Shown in pieces: positions 1 to 9,938 of a DNA stretch of 32,000 bases. The notes under the pieces are model-generated. The model searched no databases. It was not told the DNA's origin and saw nothing but the letters and a program-made list of their open reading frames with translations. The stretch covers positions 120,001-152,000 of the forward strand of contig NZ_CP036280.1 in NCBI RefSeq assembly GCF_007748075.1, read 5' to 3'. The position numbers and the translations under genes were made by a program. Each line of letters opens with the position of its first letter. Within the stretch, counting starts at the first letter, position 1. Source of the stretch: Mucisphaera calidilacus (GTDB lineage Bacteria; Planctomycetota; Phycisphaerae; Phycisphaerales; Phycisphaeraceae).

Positions 1-845
<845 letters not shown>

Positions 846-911
846 CCTCAGGGCATCGGTCTCGCGATCGTTCCGGTGAAACCTCCCGCGTAATTCGGAG
901 CCCTTGTCGAT

Positions 912-2306
912 ATGGCCAACAAGAAACATGACCTCCTCATCATCGGCGCAGGCCCCGGCGGGTACGTCGCCGCCATCCGCGCCGCGCAACTCGGCCTCGA
1001 CGTCGCCTGCGTCGACGAGAACGACGCCCTCGGCGGAACCTGCCTCCGCATCGGCTGCATCCCCTCCAAGGCACTGCTCGAATCCTCCGAGCACTACGAG
1101 GTCGCCACCAAGCACCTCAAACAGCACGGCATCAAGACCACAGGCGTCGAACTCGACCTGCCCACCATGCTCAAACGCAAGGACAAGGTCGTCACCAACC
1201 TCACCAAGGGCATCGCCGCGCTCTTCAAGAAGAACAAGATCACCCGCTACCACGGCCGCGGCAGCTTCGCCGAAGACCGGTCCGTCAAGATCACCGGCGG
1301 CAAGGACGACGGCACCACCGTCAACGCCACCAGCGTCATCATCGCCACCGGCTCCGTGCCCGTCTCTCTCCCGGGTGTCGACCTCGAGCACCCGCGTATC
1401 GACACCTCCACCGAGGCCCTCGAGTACGACGCCGTCCCCGAGAAACTTGCCGTCATCGGCGCCGGTGCTATCGGCCTCGAACTCGGGTCCGTCTGGCGAC
1501 GACTCGGCGCCGACGTCACCGTTATCGAGTTCCTTGACTACATCATGCCCGGGGCCGACCGCGAGATCGCCGACGAGGCCCAGAAGATCTTCAAGAAGCA
1601 GGGCATCAACTTCATCCTCGGCGCACGCGTCACCGGCGCGACCGGCAAGCCCCACAACGTCACTCTGGAGATCGAAGACCACGACCCCATGACCTTCGAC
1701 CGCGTCCTCGTTGCCGTCGGACGCAAGCCCAACACCGACGGCCTGGGCCTTGAGCACGTCGGCGTCACCATGGACGACCGCGGACGCATCAAGACCGACA
1801 GCCACTTCGAGACCTCCGCCGACCACATCTTCGCCATCGGCGACGCCGTCGCCGGCCCCATGCTCGCCCACAAGGCCGAGGAGGAGGCGGTCGCCTGCGT
1901 CGAGCACATCGTCAACGGCGCCTCCCACATCGACTACGCCGCCATCCCCTCGATCGTCTACACCGAACCCGAGATCGCCTCCGTCGGCAAGACCGAACAG
2001 CAGCTCCAGGACGCCAACATCGACTACCGCAAGGGCGTCTTCCCCTACCTCGGCAACGGACGGGCACAGGCCATCGCCGCCGGCAACGGCAAGGTCAAGG
2101 TCCTCGCCGACGCCACCACCGACCGGTTGCTCGGGGTGCACATCATCGGCCGCTCCGCAGGCGACCTCGTCGCCGAGGCCGCCGTCGCCATTGCTATGCA
2201 CGCCTCCGCCGAGGACCTCGCCCGGTCCCCCCACGCCCACCCCACCCTCGCCGAGACGATCAAGGAAGCCGCGCTCGCCGCCGCCGACCGCGCAATCCAC
2301 GTCTGA
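912..2306 (+). CDS. lpdA: dihydrolipoyl dehydrogenase (E3)
   Basis: 464 aa. N-terminal FAD motif IIGAGPGGY, redox-active disulfide GGTCLRIGCIPSK, NAD motif VIGAGAIGLELG, and C-terminal HAHPTLAE interface motif. Sits directly downstream of the E2 gene. Confidence 0.95.
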   Translation: MANKKHDLLIIGAGPGGYVAAIRAAQLGLDVACVDENDALGGTCLRIGCIPSKALLESSEHYEVATKHLKQHGIKTTGVELDLPTMLKRKDKVVTNLTKGIAALFKKNKITRYHGRGSFAEDRSVKITGGKDDGTTVNATSVIIATGSVPVSLPGVDLEHPRIDTSTEALEYDAVPEKLAVIGAGAIGLELGSVWRRLGADVTVIEFLDYIMPGADREIADEAQKIFKKQGINFILGARVTGATGKPHNVTLEIEDHDPMTFDRVLVAVGRKPNTDGLGLEHVGVTMDDRGRIKTDSHFETSADHIFAIGDAVAGPMLAHKAEEEAVACVEHIVNGASHIDYAAIPSIVYTEPEIASVGKTEQQLQDANIDYRKGVFPYLGNGRAQAIAAGNGKVKVLADATTDRLLGVHIIGRSAGDLVAEAAVAIAMHASAEDLARSPHAHPTLAETIKEAALAAADRAIHV

Positions 2307-2364
2307 CGGCCAAAGGTCGACAGGCGTTATACTCGGGTATGTCGTTCAAACCGAAGGAGCGCCC

Positions 2365-2841
2365 ATGCGTTGCGTCCTGATCCTGCTGATGGTCACCTGC
2401 CTCACTCTCGCCGGCTGTGCCTCTGGCTCCGAGAAACGCACCAAACTCATCCCCAAGGGTCCCATTCCCGTCGTGCGCACCTACAACAGCGAGGTCGGCG
2501 GCCCCGCCCACCAGGGTCTCTACGTCATCAACTCCTCGCGCGGACTCGCCAACGCCGGGCTCATCCGACCCGACCGCATCGAGGTCGACTTCGACACCGA
2601 GATGCTCATCCTCTACGCCATGGGCGACAAGGACCGCCGAGGCTTCTGGGCCATGATCGAGTCCGTCTTCGCTCGCGACGGCGTCTACGTCGTTAACACA
2701 CGCTACAACAGCCCGGGCGGCGTGCCCGCCCAGGGACGCTACCGGCCCTTCGCCGTCGCCGTCATCCCCCGCAGCGACATCACCACAGCACGACCCGTGG
2801 TCCGTCTCACCACCGGCGCCCCCAAGCCTGTGAGTTACTGA
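2365..2841 (+). CDS. hypothetical lipoprotein
   Basis: The ATG at 2365 is preceded by GGAG (2356-2359). N-terminus MRCVLILLMVTCLTLAGC is a signal peptide plus lipobox (LAG|C). The ORF-track entry 1711..2841 is the same frame; its upstream part overlaps lpdA and is spurious. No family recognised. Confidence 0.7.
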   Translation: MRCVLILLMVTCLTLAGCASGSEKRTKLIPKGPIPVVRTYNSEVGGPAHQGLYVINSSRGLANAGLIRPDRIEVDFDTEMLILYAMGDKDRRGFWAMIESVFARDGVYVVNTRYNSPGGVPAQGRYRPFAVAVIPRSDITTARPVVRLTTGAPKPVSY

Positions 2842-2866
2842 TCACCCTGAGAGACCGGGTCGGGGC

Positions 2867-3094
2867 CTAGCCGAGCAGGACTTCCAAGAACGAGGCTGGT
2901 TTCGAATCTCGTACCTGCTTGAGCTTGTGTTCAGTCTCTTCGGTCATGGCTGCCACGTCATCGCTTGTAATCGTTCCGTTCAGACCAAGCGTGCCGCGGC
3001 ACACACAGCGGACGCCGAGTCGCGGTCTTGCATATCTCAGGCTCTGGTGGCGCCTCAGGCGGTAGGGTTTGAATCGTGTTCTGTGATCGGTCAT
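2867..3094 (-). CDS. small basic hypothetical protein (75 aa), low-GC islet
   Basis: The ATG at 3094 lies 4 nt after the TAA of the upstream 199-aa gene on the same strand. No clear SD and no recognisable domain. Coding status uncertain. Confidence 0.3.
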   Translation of the reverse strand: MTDHRTRFKPYRLRRHQSLRYARPRLGVRCVCRGTLGLNGTITSDDVAAMTEETEHKLKQVRDSKPASFLEVLLG

Positions 3095-3098
3095 CTGT

Positions 3099-3698
3099 TT
3101 ACGCCGGTTGACTACACGAAATATACATCGCAAGTGCGATAACAATAATCGAAAATCCTGCCGTAAAGATCATTTCGGCATAATACAGCTTCGCCCATGA
3201 CGCTTTGTTCTTGCTGAGAAGACTGCCATAAGCGCCGTAGGTTCTGCGAGCCGCCTGGATCGGTATCTCTAGACCACGTTCGTCCCTGCGCAGGGCAAGA
3301 TGGATACTCGCCGTCTTGTAGCCTCTGGATCCAAACGATGGCCGGTATGCCACCACCAGCGACGTCGCCAGAAGCAGCAAGCCGATGATCAGCAGGGCCT
3401 TGATGATCAATTGCAGCCACGGGTTGCCGACCCGCGGAATCATCTCCGGATCATAAAACCACTCCAGCCGATAAAGCCCCAGCCCCAACACCGCCATCAG
3501 GCCCGCGGCGAGAAAACGCTTGCGCCCGTTAATCCGCTCCGCGTTGACCTGCTCCGCCTCCCAGCAGCGAACCGCGTGGTCAATCAACACCCGGTCCGAA
3601 TTCAAGGGCTCAACCGGGACTCCCTTAGCGTCATACAGCTCTTGCTGCATTGCCGCCGCTGAACGCTCAGACCTGCCTCGAAACCGCATTCGCCGCAT
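3099..3698 (-). CDS. hypothetical integral membrane protein (3 predicted TM helices), low-GC islet
   Basis: 199-aa ORF in a stretch at roughly 40-50% GC, against about 66% in the flanks. Hydrophobic segments FLAAGLMAVLGLGLY, LQLIIKALLIIGLLLLATSLVVAY and YAEMIFTAGFSIIVIALAMYI. Alternative starts at 3689 and 3650. No family recognised. Confidence 0.6.
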   Translation of the reverse strand: MRRMRFRGRSERSAAAMQQELYDAKGVPVEPLNSDRVLIDHAVRCWEAEQVNAERINGRKRFLAAGLMAVLGLGLYRLEWFYDPEMIPRVGNPWLQLIIKALLIIGLLLLATSLVVAYRPSFGSRGYKTASIHLALRRDERGLEIPIQAARRTYGAYGSLLSKNKASWAKLYYAEMIFTAGFSIIVIALAMYISCSQPA

Positions 3699-3706
3699 GG
3701 GCGAAT

Positions 3707-3735
3707 ATGATAAATAAAAATCTAAAAATTGCTAA
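3707..3735 (-). promoter_or_regulatory. sigma70-like promoter candidate for the 199-aa membrane protein gene (possibly leaderless)
   Basis: Minus strand reads TTAGCA (3735-3730), then a 17-nt AT-rich spacer, then TATCAT (3712-3707), then 8 nt, then ATG (3698). The -35-like hexamer overlaps the TAG stop of the kinase gene. Confidence 0.3.
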
Positions 3736-6700
3736 TCGCCCGCAACCACCACGCGGAACCCCAGGAACTCCGTCCGCGTTGACGCGTCGGGCGTCTGGCG
3801 GTCACCGATCCGGCTGTCAAAAACCGTCTGTGCCCACGATCCGCCCTTCACCACCGCCTCGCCGCCCTCACCCGTCACCCACTCCGCCACGTTGCCGTGC
3901 ACGTTGTAAATCCCCAACGCGTTCGGAGCGAACGGCTCCACACCCGTCCCCACCGCCGCGGTGAACGGGAAGCCGTCATCCTTGTCCCACTGATACCGCC
4001 CCGCGCCCTCGCCAGAAGGCATCCCGTTCGCCCTGGGCCGACCCGTTACCGAATCACCCCAGTGAAACGCCGCAGCATCGTCCGCCCCACCCCGTGCCGC
4101 GTGTTCCCACTCCGCCTCCGTCGGCAGGCGGTACGTCAGCCCCTCGCGCTCACTCAGCCACGCGCAGAACGCCGACGCCTCGCCGTGGCTCACAAAGACC
4201 ACCGGATGGCGATCGTCCTGCTCGAAGTGCCGGCCCTCACGCGTGATCGACGCAGGACGCTTCCAGGGCAGCGCCTCACGCACCGAAGCGTCAACCTCCG
4301 CCGCCGCCAACCCCTCTCTCGCCAGACGCTCACGCAGGTAAACCTCGTACTGTCCCCGCGTCACCTCGAACCGGCTCATCAGGTAAGGCCGCTCGATCGT
4401 CGCCTGACGACGAAGCTCGCCGGGCCCGATCCCCAGCGACGCGTCCGACCGACGCGTCGCGTGCCCCATCACCACCTCACCGCCCTCGACCGGCACAAAC
4501 GTCATCCCGATGCTGTTCCGCTGCGTTCGACCCAGCCGCACCACCGCCGCCTCACGCATCGCCGATGGCAGCATCTCGATCGCCTCGTTGTAGGCTGATC
4601 TCGATACCTCCCCCTGCCGCTCGATCAGCCCGACAGATTCCTCCACCGTGCTGACGGTACTCAGCCGCGCTTCCGAGTCACCCGCCTGCGCGGCAACCTG
4701 ACTCAGACGCCCCAGTTCATCCTCGACAGCCTTGTCCGCCGCCTCCGCTCGCGCGACACTCTCGCGCACCGCCTCACCAAGCGGACCCGCAAAATCAATC
4801 AGCGCATCACCCGCCTCGCCATACAACGCGTTGAACGGGCCGTTCAGCTCGTCGTGCAGCCGCTCGTAACGCGATCGCGCCTCGCGACGTTCGCGATCCA
4901 CGCTCTCCAGACGCACAAGCATCGCCACCAGCCTCTCGCCACCCCCAACCAACAACCCCGCACGCTCGAGATCGAGTTGCTCATACGCCAGCGAAGACTG
5001 AGCACGCTCGAGCATCAACTCACTCAGCCCGGACAGCGACGCTGGCAGCACCTCGCCCGACAACGGCTCCTGCATGGCACGTATGGCTTCAACACGAGCC
5101 AACAGCCCCGCACGCTCCGTCTCAAGCTCAACCAGTTCGGACGGCACGCCCACGATGGCCTGCGCCGCTTGTCGGTACGCCTCCGCCGCCCCCGCATACA
5201 CATCGCCATGCTCGATCAGTGGCGACGCACCGGAGTCCGCCCGCTCGAACAACGCCTTGCCACGCTCCGCCCCTTCCAAAGCCATAGCGCCCGATGCCGT
5301 CTCGCCCAGCAGGCCGTGCGGGTCGTCGATCCCCTCCAACGCCCGCAGGTAACCCGCCCGCGCCGCCTCCGCCTCCGGCCGACGCTCTGCGACCTCCAGG
5401 ATTGCCGCCGACAGGTCCGCGCCCGAACCTCCCGTCACGCCCAGCGAAGCGATCGCCTCTGCCAGCGACCGCGCCTGCTCATATTGATCCTCCCGAACCA
5501 GCGCCACCGCGCGATCGACCAGCGGGTCCACCGCCTCCGCCGCCGTCGGCTCTGCCAACCCCCACTCGGCGCCATACGCCAACGCATCACCAAACCGCGC
5601 GACCGACGCATCCATCGCCGACGCATCAAACCGCGCCGCCGCGTCCACCAGCATCACCTCGTACGTCGCCTGCGCGATCCGCCCGTCACGCCCGCTTCGC
5701 CAGGCTTCAACGAAACTCAGCGGATGCTCCGATGCCCCGCGCGCCGCATCGAGCCGTTTCAACGCCTCATCCGGGTTCCCGTCAGCCGCAGCGATCAACG
5801 CCGTGTCAACCAGGGTGTCCACCGAGTCCGTGACCGACGCCTCGTACACATACAGCCCGCTCGGCAGACCGCCCACCACCGCGACCACCGCAGCAGCGCC
5901 CAGCAGCACGCGAACACGCTGCTTCGCGTTCTTCGCCTTCAGGGCATCCCGCGCCGCCGTCGTGCGCTCCACACCCTCCAGCGACGCAGCGTCATGGCTC
6001 AGAATCGCCAGCGCCTTCTCCCAACTCGCCAACGCTTTCTGAGGCTTGCCCTGCTCCTCAAACGCCAACGCCTCGGACCGGCAGGGCTCCAGCTTCGCCT
6101 CCAGCGCTTCCCAAGCCTCCGCGTCGATCGTGATATTCCGGTCCCACCCGTAGTTGTCCCGGAGCGAACGGATCCCCGCCATCGCCTCCGACATCCGCCC
6201 CGCCTTGCGGTCCGCCGTCGCCTCCTGGTATCGACGCCGATGATCCGACTCCTGCTCCTTGATCGCCGTGGTCAGCTCGTTGCTCGCCGGGTGATTGCTG
6301 TCGATCTGCACCAGCCGCTTCCACGCAGCCACAGCGTCCGGGTACCGCCGCTGCTGCAGCGCCGTCCGCGCGTCACGCTCCGCCACCTCCAGCTCGTTGC
6401 GGTGCAGCGCCTTCTGGATCCGTGACATCTGCAGCTTCAGCTCACGGCTCGCCGGCGCTATCGTCAACGCCTCCCGCGCCACTCGTCCCGCCCCGCGGTA
6501 GTCACCCGCCTTGAACGATGCGTCGATCTGACTCCGCAGCTTCGCGATGGTCGTCCGCTGCTCGATCGCCTCCCGCTCGACCTGCTCCAGCTCCGCCTGG
6601 TGATACCCCGTCTCCATCCCCAGCTTCGCGCTGCTGACCGCCTCCTCAAAGTCCGCCTGCTCCAGGTAGCCCCGCGCATTCCGCAGCGCCTCCTCGCCCT

Positions 6701-7889
6701 CGCGGTACTTCTCGATGCTGATCCCGCAGGCCAGACAGAACTTCGAGCCCACTCGGTTCTCAACAAAGCAGGAGGGGCACTCCTCGAACATGCCCGCGCC
6801 GCAGTTGTGGCAGAACTGCGCATCGATCTTGTTGTAAGAACCGCACGACGGGCAGACCATCGCGCTCGAACTCGTCGCCGAGATCGTCCCCTCCTCGTCG
6901 CCCAGCGGAGCGAGCACGTCAAACTCTTTGAGGAACGCCGCCATCGACGCCTGCCGATCCACCGGGTCCTTCTTGAGCGCACGCTCCAACGCCGGACGCA
7001 CCGCCGGGTCGAGCGAATCGAAGTAGACCGTGTCGGGCAGATCGCCCGTCAGCATCTGGTATGCCGTCTTCGCCAGCGCGAAAATGTCCGACCGGTGATC
7101 CACACGCTTCGAGTCCTGACGCTGCTCTGGCGCCATGTACGCCGGCGTGCCGATCCCCTGACCCGTCAGCGACAGGTCCAGGTGATCGTCACGACGCGCG
7201 ATCCCGAAGTCCACGATCTTCGGCGTCCCGTCACCATCCAGAATGATGTTCGACGGCTTGATGTCCCGGTGTACGATCCCCTTGCTGTGCGCGTAGGTCA
7301 GACCCCGCGCGATCGGCTTGATGATCGCGATCGTCTCGTCCAGCGAGAACTGTCCCTGCTCCGCGATCTTCTTCTCCAGATCGCCTCCCGGCAGGTACTC
7401 CATCACGATGTACGGCCCCGACGCGTCGCTCGCCAGCTCGAAGATGCTCACGATGTTCCGGTGGTTCAGCGCCGCCACCGAACGCGCCTCGCGGAAGAAG
7501 CGGTCGATCCCCGTCCGTGAACGGATCGCCGCCTCGTTCAGACGCTTGATCGTCACCTCACGCTGGAGGTTGATGTCGATCGCCTTGACCACCACGCCCA
7601 TCCCGCCCTGACCGATCGTCGCCTCGACCTTGTACTTCCCGCCGATCGTAGACCCGATCAGCCCCGAATCACCCGCCTGCTCCTCCACCACACTCACCGC
7701 CGGCCCGCCAGGCGCTTCATCCTCAGGCATCGGCAGCGGGGCGGTCACCTCCGGCGTCTCCTCGGGTCTCCCCGCCTCCGGATCAGCCGTCGGCTGGTCC
7801 CCCGCCGACGCGGACGCCTCGGGCGTGGCGTCGCCCTCAGATTCGGGTTGGCGAGGGTGTTCCGTAGGATCAGACATCTCAGTTTCCAT
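3732..7889 (-). CDS. transmembrane Ser/Thr protein kinase with double zinc-ribbon, TPR-like helical region and C-terminal FGE-sulfatase (SUMF1-like) domain
   Basis: Hanks kinase motifs: GQGGMGVV...KRL (P-loop/Lys), HRDIKPSN, DFG, APE (nt ~6921-7634). Two CxxC-x(n)-CxxC ribbons, CPSCGSYNKIDAQFCHNCG and CPSCFVENRVGSKFCLACG (6723-6854). One TM segment, VRVLLGAAAVVAVVGGLPSGLYVY (5844-5915). C-terminal FGE-like domain with RLPTEAEWEHAARGG, GNVAEWV and GGSW (3741-4514). Start is uncertain: GVG-type GTG at 7895, or ATG at 7889 or 7877. Confidence 0.9.
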   Translation of the reverse strand: METEMSDPTEHPRQPESEGDATPEASASAGDQPTADPEAGRPEETPEVTAPLPMPEDEAPGGPAVSVVEEQAGDSGLIGSTIGGKYKVEATIGQGGMGVVVKAIDINLQREVTIKRLNEAAIRSRTGIDRFFREARSVAALNHRNIVSIFELASDASGPYIVMEYLPGGDLEKKIAEQGQFSLDETIAIIKPIARGLTYAHSKGIVHRDIKPSNIILDGDGTPKIVDFGIARRDDHLDLSLTGQGIGTPAYMAPEQRQDSKRVDHRSDIFALAKTAYQMLTGDLPDTVYFDSLDPAVRPALERALKKDPVDRQASMAAFLKEFDVLAPLGDEEGTISATSSSAMVCPSCGSYNKIDAQFCHNCGAGMFEECPSCFVENRVGSKFCLACGISIEKYREGEEALRNARGYLEQADFEEAVSSAKLGMETGYHQAELEQVEREAIEQRTTIAKLRSQIDASFKAGDYRGAGRVAREALTIAPASRELKLQMSRIQKALHRNELEVAERDARTALQQRRYPDAVAAWKRLVQIDSNHPASNELTTAIKEQESDHRRRYQEATADRKAGRMSEAMAGIRSLRDNYGWDRNITIDAEAWEALEAKLEPCRSEALAFEEQGKPQKALASWEKALAILSHDAASLEGVERTTAARDALKAKNAKQRVRVLLGAAAVVAVVGGLPSGLYVYEASVTDSVDTLVDTALIAAADGNPDEALKRLDAARGASEHPLSFVEAWRSGRDGRIAQATYEVMLVDAAARFDASAMDASVARFGDALAYGAEWGLAEPTAAEAVDPLVDRAVALVREDQYEQARSLAEAIASLGVTGGSGADLSAAILEVAERRPEAEAARAGYLRALEGIDDPHGLLGETASGAMALEGAERGKALFERADSGASPLIEHGDVYAGAAEAYRQAAQAIVGVPSELVELETERAGLLARVEAIRAMQEPLSGEVLPASLSGLSELMLERAQSSLAYEQLDLERAGLLVGGGERLVAMLVRLESVDRERREARSRYERLHDELNGPFNALYGEAGDALIDFAGPLGEAVRESVARAEAADKAVEDELGRLSQVAAQAGDSEARLSTVSTVEESVGLIERQGEVSRSAYNEAIEMLPSAMREAAVVRLGRTQRNSIGMTFVPVEGGEVVMGHATRRSDASLGIGPGELRRQATIERPYLMSRFEVTRGQYEVYLRERLAREGLAAAEVDASVREALPWKRPASITREGRHFEQDDRHPVVFVSHGEASAFCAWLSEREGLTYRLPTEAEWEHAARGGADDAAAFHWGDSVTGRPRANGMPSGEGAGRYQWDKDDGFPFTAAVGTGVEPFAPNALGIYNVHGNVAEWVTGEGGEAVVKGGSWAQTVFDSRIGDRQTPDASTRTEFLGFRVVVAGD

Positions 7890-7985
7890 CCCCACGGGCC
7901 GTCACGATAAAAACCATGCCCTGACAGAATCAGGTTAGTCGCCGCTGGAAAGACAGGCAAGAAGATTCAGGCAACGAACAACGGC

Positions 7986-8285
7986 TCACATCAGACCGAC
8001 GTGGACCTCGTCTCCAGCGTAAGCCAAGTCAACATAAGGGTTTGGTCGCGGATCAATCCAGCCCGGCTTCGCCACCTCGATCCGCACACGCCGACCGGCG
8101 AGCACCGCGACCTCCACCGGCTGGTCCGGACCGTCATATGACTTCCACTCGCCCGAGTTCACGCGCACACGGGCGCCGATCAGCGGCTCACGCGAGATCT
8201 GTGCCTCGACGTGCACACGCAGCGTCGTCACCGCACGCGATCCCGGAGCGATCGCGGAGATCGCTGTTTCCAAGAGGCTATACAT
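7986..8285 (-). CDS. hypothetical protein (99 aa), possible PEGA/beta-sandwich-like fold
   Basis: Strong SD: GGAGG about 7 nt upstream of the ATG at 8285. Same strand as the kinase gene and immediately upstream of it. The pattern VRVNSGEW...RIEVAKPGW loosely resembles a PEGA domain, recalled from memory only. Confidence 0.6.
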   Translation of the reverse strand: MYSLLETAISAIAPGSRAVTTLRVHVEAQISREPLIGARVRVNSGEWKSYDGPDQPVEVAVLAGRRVRIEVAKPGWIDPRPNPYVDLAYAGDEVHVGLM

Positions 8286-8680
8286 ATCTGAGGCCTCCTA
8301 CTCCTCGCACCACAATGGCCGCAGGCCAGTTCACCTCTCCCGCTGCGGCCGGTTGCAGGACATGCGGGGGTCCTGCCTGCCGACCACCCGACGCTGGACG
8401 CCGGGCACTCCCTTCCCCCATAACATCATCCCAGAAAAATCGGTTCAGTCCAGTCAAAATGGGGATCCACACCCAAAACACACAGTTTGGCAATCTGGGC
8501 AAACCAGCCCGCCGTGCCAACGACCTCCCAAGATACTCTGGCGTTGATCGCAGGATCTGATACTCTAAATAGGCTCAACGCCCCTCTGGGCAAGCCGTTT
8601 CTTCTATGGCGTTCTGTCTCGAATGGCGCGCACAAACCCTTCATCACCCGGACCAACACCGGGTCAGAGAGGATCGATAC

Positions 8681-9811
8681 GTGGCTGAAGTCGTACTCAC
8701 GCAGATCGAGAAGGTTTACCCCGGCGGTTTCAAGGCAGTCAAAGGCATCGACCTCCACATCAACGACGCCGAATTCATCGTCCTCGTCGGACCCTCCGGC
8801 TGCGGCAAGTCCACCACCCTGCGCATGGTCGCCGGACTCGAAGAAATCACCGGCGGGACCATCGCCATCGGCGACCGCGTCGTCAACGACGTCCCCCCCA
8901 AAGACCGCGACATTGCCATGGTCTTCCAGAACTACGCGCTCTACCCCCACATGAGCGTCTACAAGAACATGGCCTTCGGCCTCAAGCTCCGTAAATTCCC
9001 CAAGGCCGAGATCGACCGACGCGTCCAGGAAGCCGCTCGCATCCTCGGCATCGAGCACCTCCTCGAACGCAAGCCCAAGGCACTCTCTGGCGGCCAGCGG
9101 CAGCGCGTCGCCGTCGGACGAGCCATCGTCCGCGACCCCGCCTGCTTCCTCTTCGACGAGCCCCTCTCCAACCTCGACGCCAAACTCCGCGTCGAAACCC
9201 GCGCCGAGCTTAAGCGGCTCCACAAGCGGCTCAACACCACCACCATCTACGTCACCCACGACCAGGAAGAGGCCATGACCCTTGGCGACCGCGTCGTCGT
9301 CATGTCCGAGGGCCTCATCCAGCAGTGCGACACCCCCCTCGAGGTCTACAACCACCCCGTCAACCGCTTCGTCGCAGGCTTCCTCGGCACACCCCCCATG
9401 AACTTCCTCTCCGGCAAGCTCGTCGAGGAAAACGGGCAGGTCTGCTTCGAGGGCGAGGGGCAGAAGTTCCCGCTCAACCCCGACCAGGCCGACCGCTGCC
9501 GGGCCCGACTCGGCTCCGAGGTCACCCTAGGACTCCGGCCCGAAGGCATGTTCCTCAAGCCCCACGAGTCGGCCAGCAACGAAGACCAGACCGGACCCTT
9601 CAAGGTTGACGTCATCGAGCCGCTCGGCAACACCATGGACGTCTACCTCTCCACCTCCACCGGCGCCCGCCTCACCGCACGCGTCGCCGCCGAGGAACTC
9701 GACGAGGGCACCGACGTCAAGTGCTACTTCAACCTCCAGAAGGCCCACGTCTTCGAGCCCGGCGACTACGGCCTCAACCTGACTCTCCCTGTCGCCGCGG
9801 CCGCCGTCTGA
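8681..9811 (+). CDS. sugar-type ABC transporter ATP-binding protein (MalK/UgpC/MsiK family)
   Basis: Walker [11 protein letters not shown]-loop, signature LSGGQRQR, Walker [10 protein letters not shown]-loop YVTHD, and a C-terminal TOBE/MalK regulatory domain. Probable GTG start at 8681 (product begins [12 protein letters not shown]), preceded by GAGAGG. The ORF-track start at 8606 adds a non-homologous extension. Confidence 0.9.
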   Translation: MAEVVLTQIEKVYPGGFKAVKGIDLHINDAEFIVLVGPSGCGKSTTLRMVAGLEEITGGTIAIGDRVVNDVPPKDRDIAMVFQNYALYPHMSVYKNMAFGLKLRKFPKAEIDRRVQEAARILGIEHLLERKPKALSGGQRQRVAVGRAIVRDPACFLFDEPLSNLDAKLRVETRAELKRLHKRLNTTTIYVTHDQEEAMTLGDRVVVMSEGLIQQCDTPLEVYNHPVNRFVAGFLGTPPMNFLSGKLVEENGQVCFEGEGQKFPLNPDQADRCRARLGSEVTLGLRPEGMFLKPHESASNEDQTGPFKVDVIEPLGNTMDVYLSTSTGARLTARVAAEELDEGTDVKCYFNLQKAHVFEPGDYGLNLTLPVAAAAV

Positions 9812-9840
9812 GACCACCCCCGCAACCGAATCACCCCCAA

Positions 9841-9865
9841 ACCGCGTCCCCGACGCGGTTTTTTC
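9841..9865 (+). terminator. Rho-independent terminator after the ABC ATPase gene
   Basis: Stem ACCGCGTC, loop CCC, stem GACGCGGT, followed by TTTTTT. Confidence 0.75.
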
Positions 9866-9910
9866 TTGGTCATCTGCTACCGAGCCTTGAACAACGCCGC
9901 GTTGTAGATA

Positions 9911-9926
9911 AACTAGTTAACTAGTT
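9911..9926. promoter_or_regulatory. palindromic operator candidate of the phd/vapC operon
   Basis: AACTAGTTAACTAGTT is two tandem copies of the self-complementary octamer AACTAGTT, 12 nt upstream of the antitoxin ATG and next to its SD (AGGAGG). It overlaps a possible promoter: TTGAAC (9887-9892), 16-nt spacer, TAAACT (9909-9914). A second dyad, ACAACGC-C-GCGTTGT, lies at 9891-9905. Confidence 0.45.
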
Positions 9927-9938
9927 AGGAGGCTCGCT

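Noticed and set aside
1711-2364. Upstream part of ORF 1711..2841, the analogous upstream part of 15456..16823 (murB frame), and 8606-8680 (ABC ATPase frame)
   Set aside because: These stretches overlap neighbouring real genes or add Pro/Ser/Thr/Arg-rich non-homologous extensions. Internal starts with an SD and a signal peptide or homology are preferred.
2890-2920. tRNA T-loop-like word GGTTTCGAATC, considered as a possible tRNA fragment or att site at the edge of low-GC islet 1
   Set aside because: I could not fold flanking T-stem or acceptor-stem pairing on either strand. The word has an extra T relative to GGTTCGAATC. No matching direct repeat was seen at the other islet boundary.
4854-6425. 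523-aa Arg/Leu/Gln-rich ORF on the plus strand inside the kinase gene, with others at 3897-4598, 6600-7520 and 5294-5833
   Set aside because: It is antisense or out of frame relative to a kinase ORF with clear motifs. The extreme Arg/Pro composition is typical of wrong-frame translation of GC-rich DNA.
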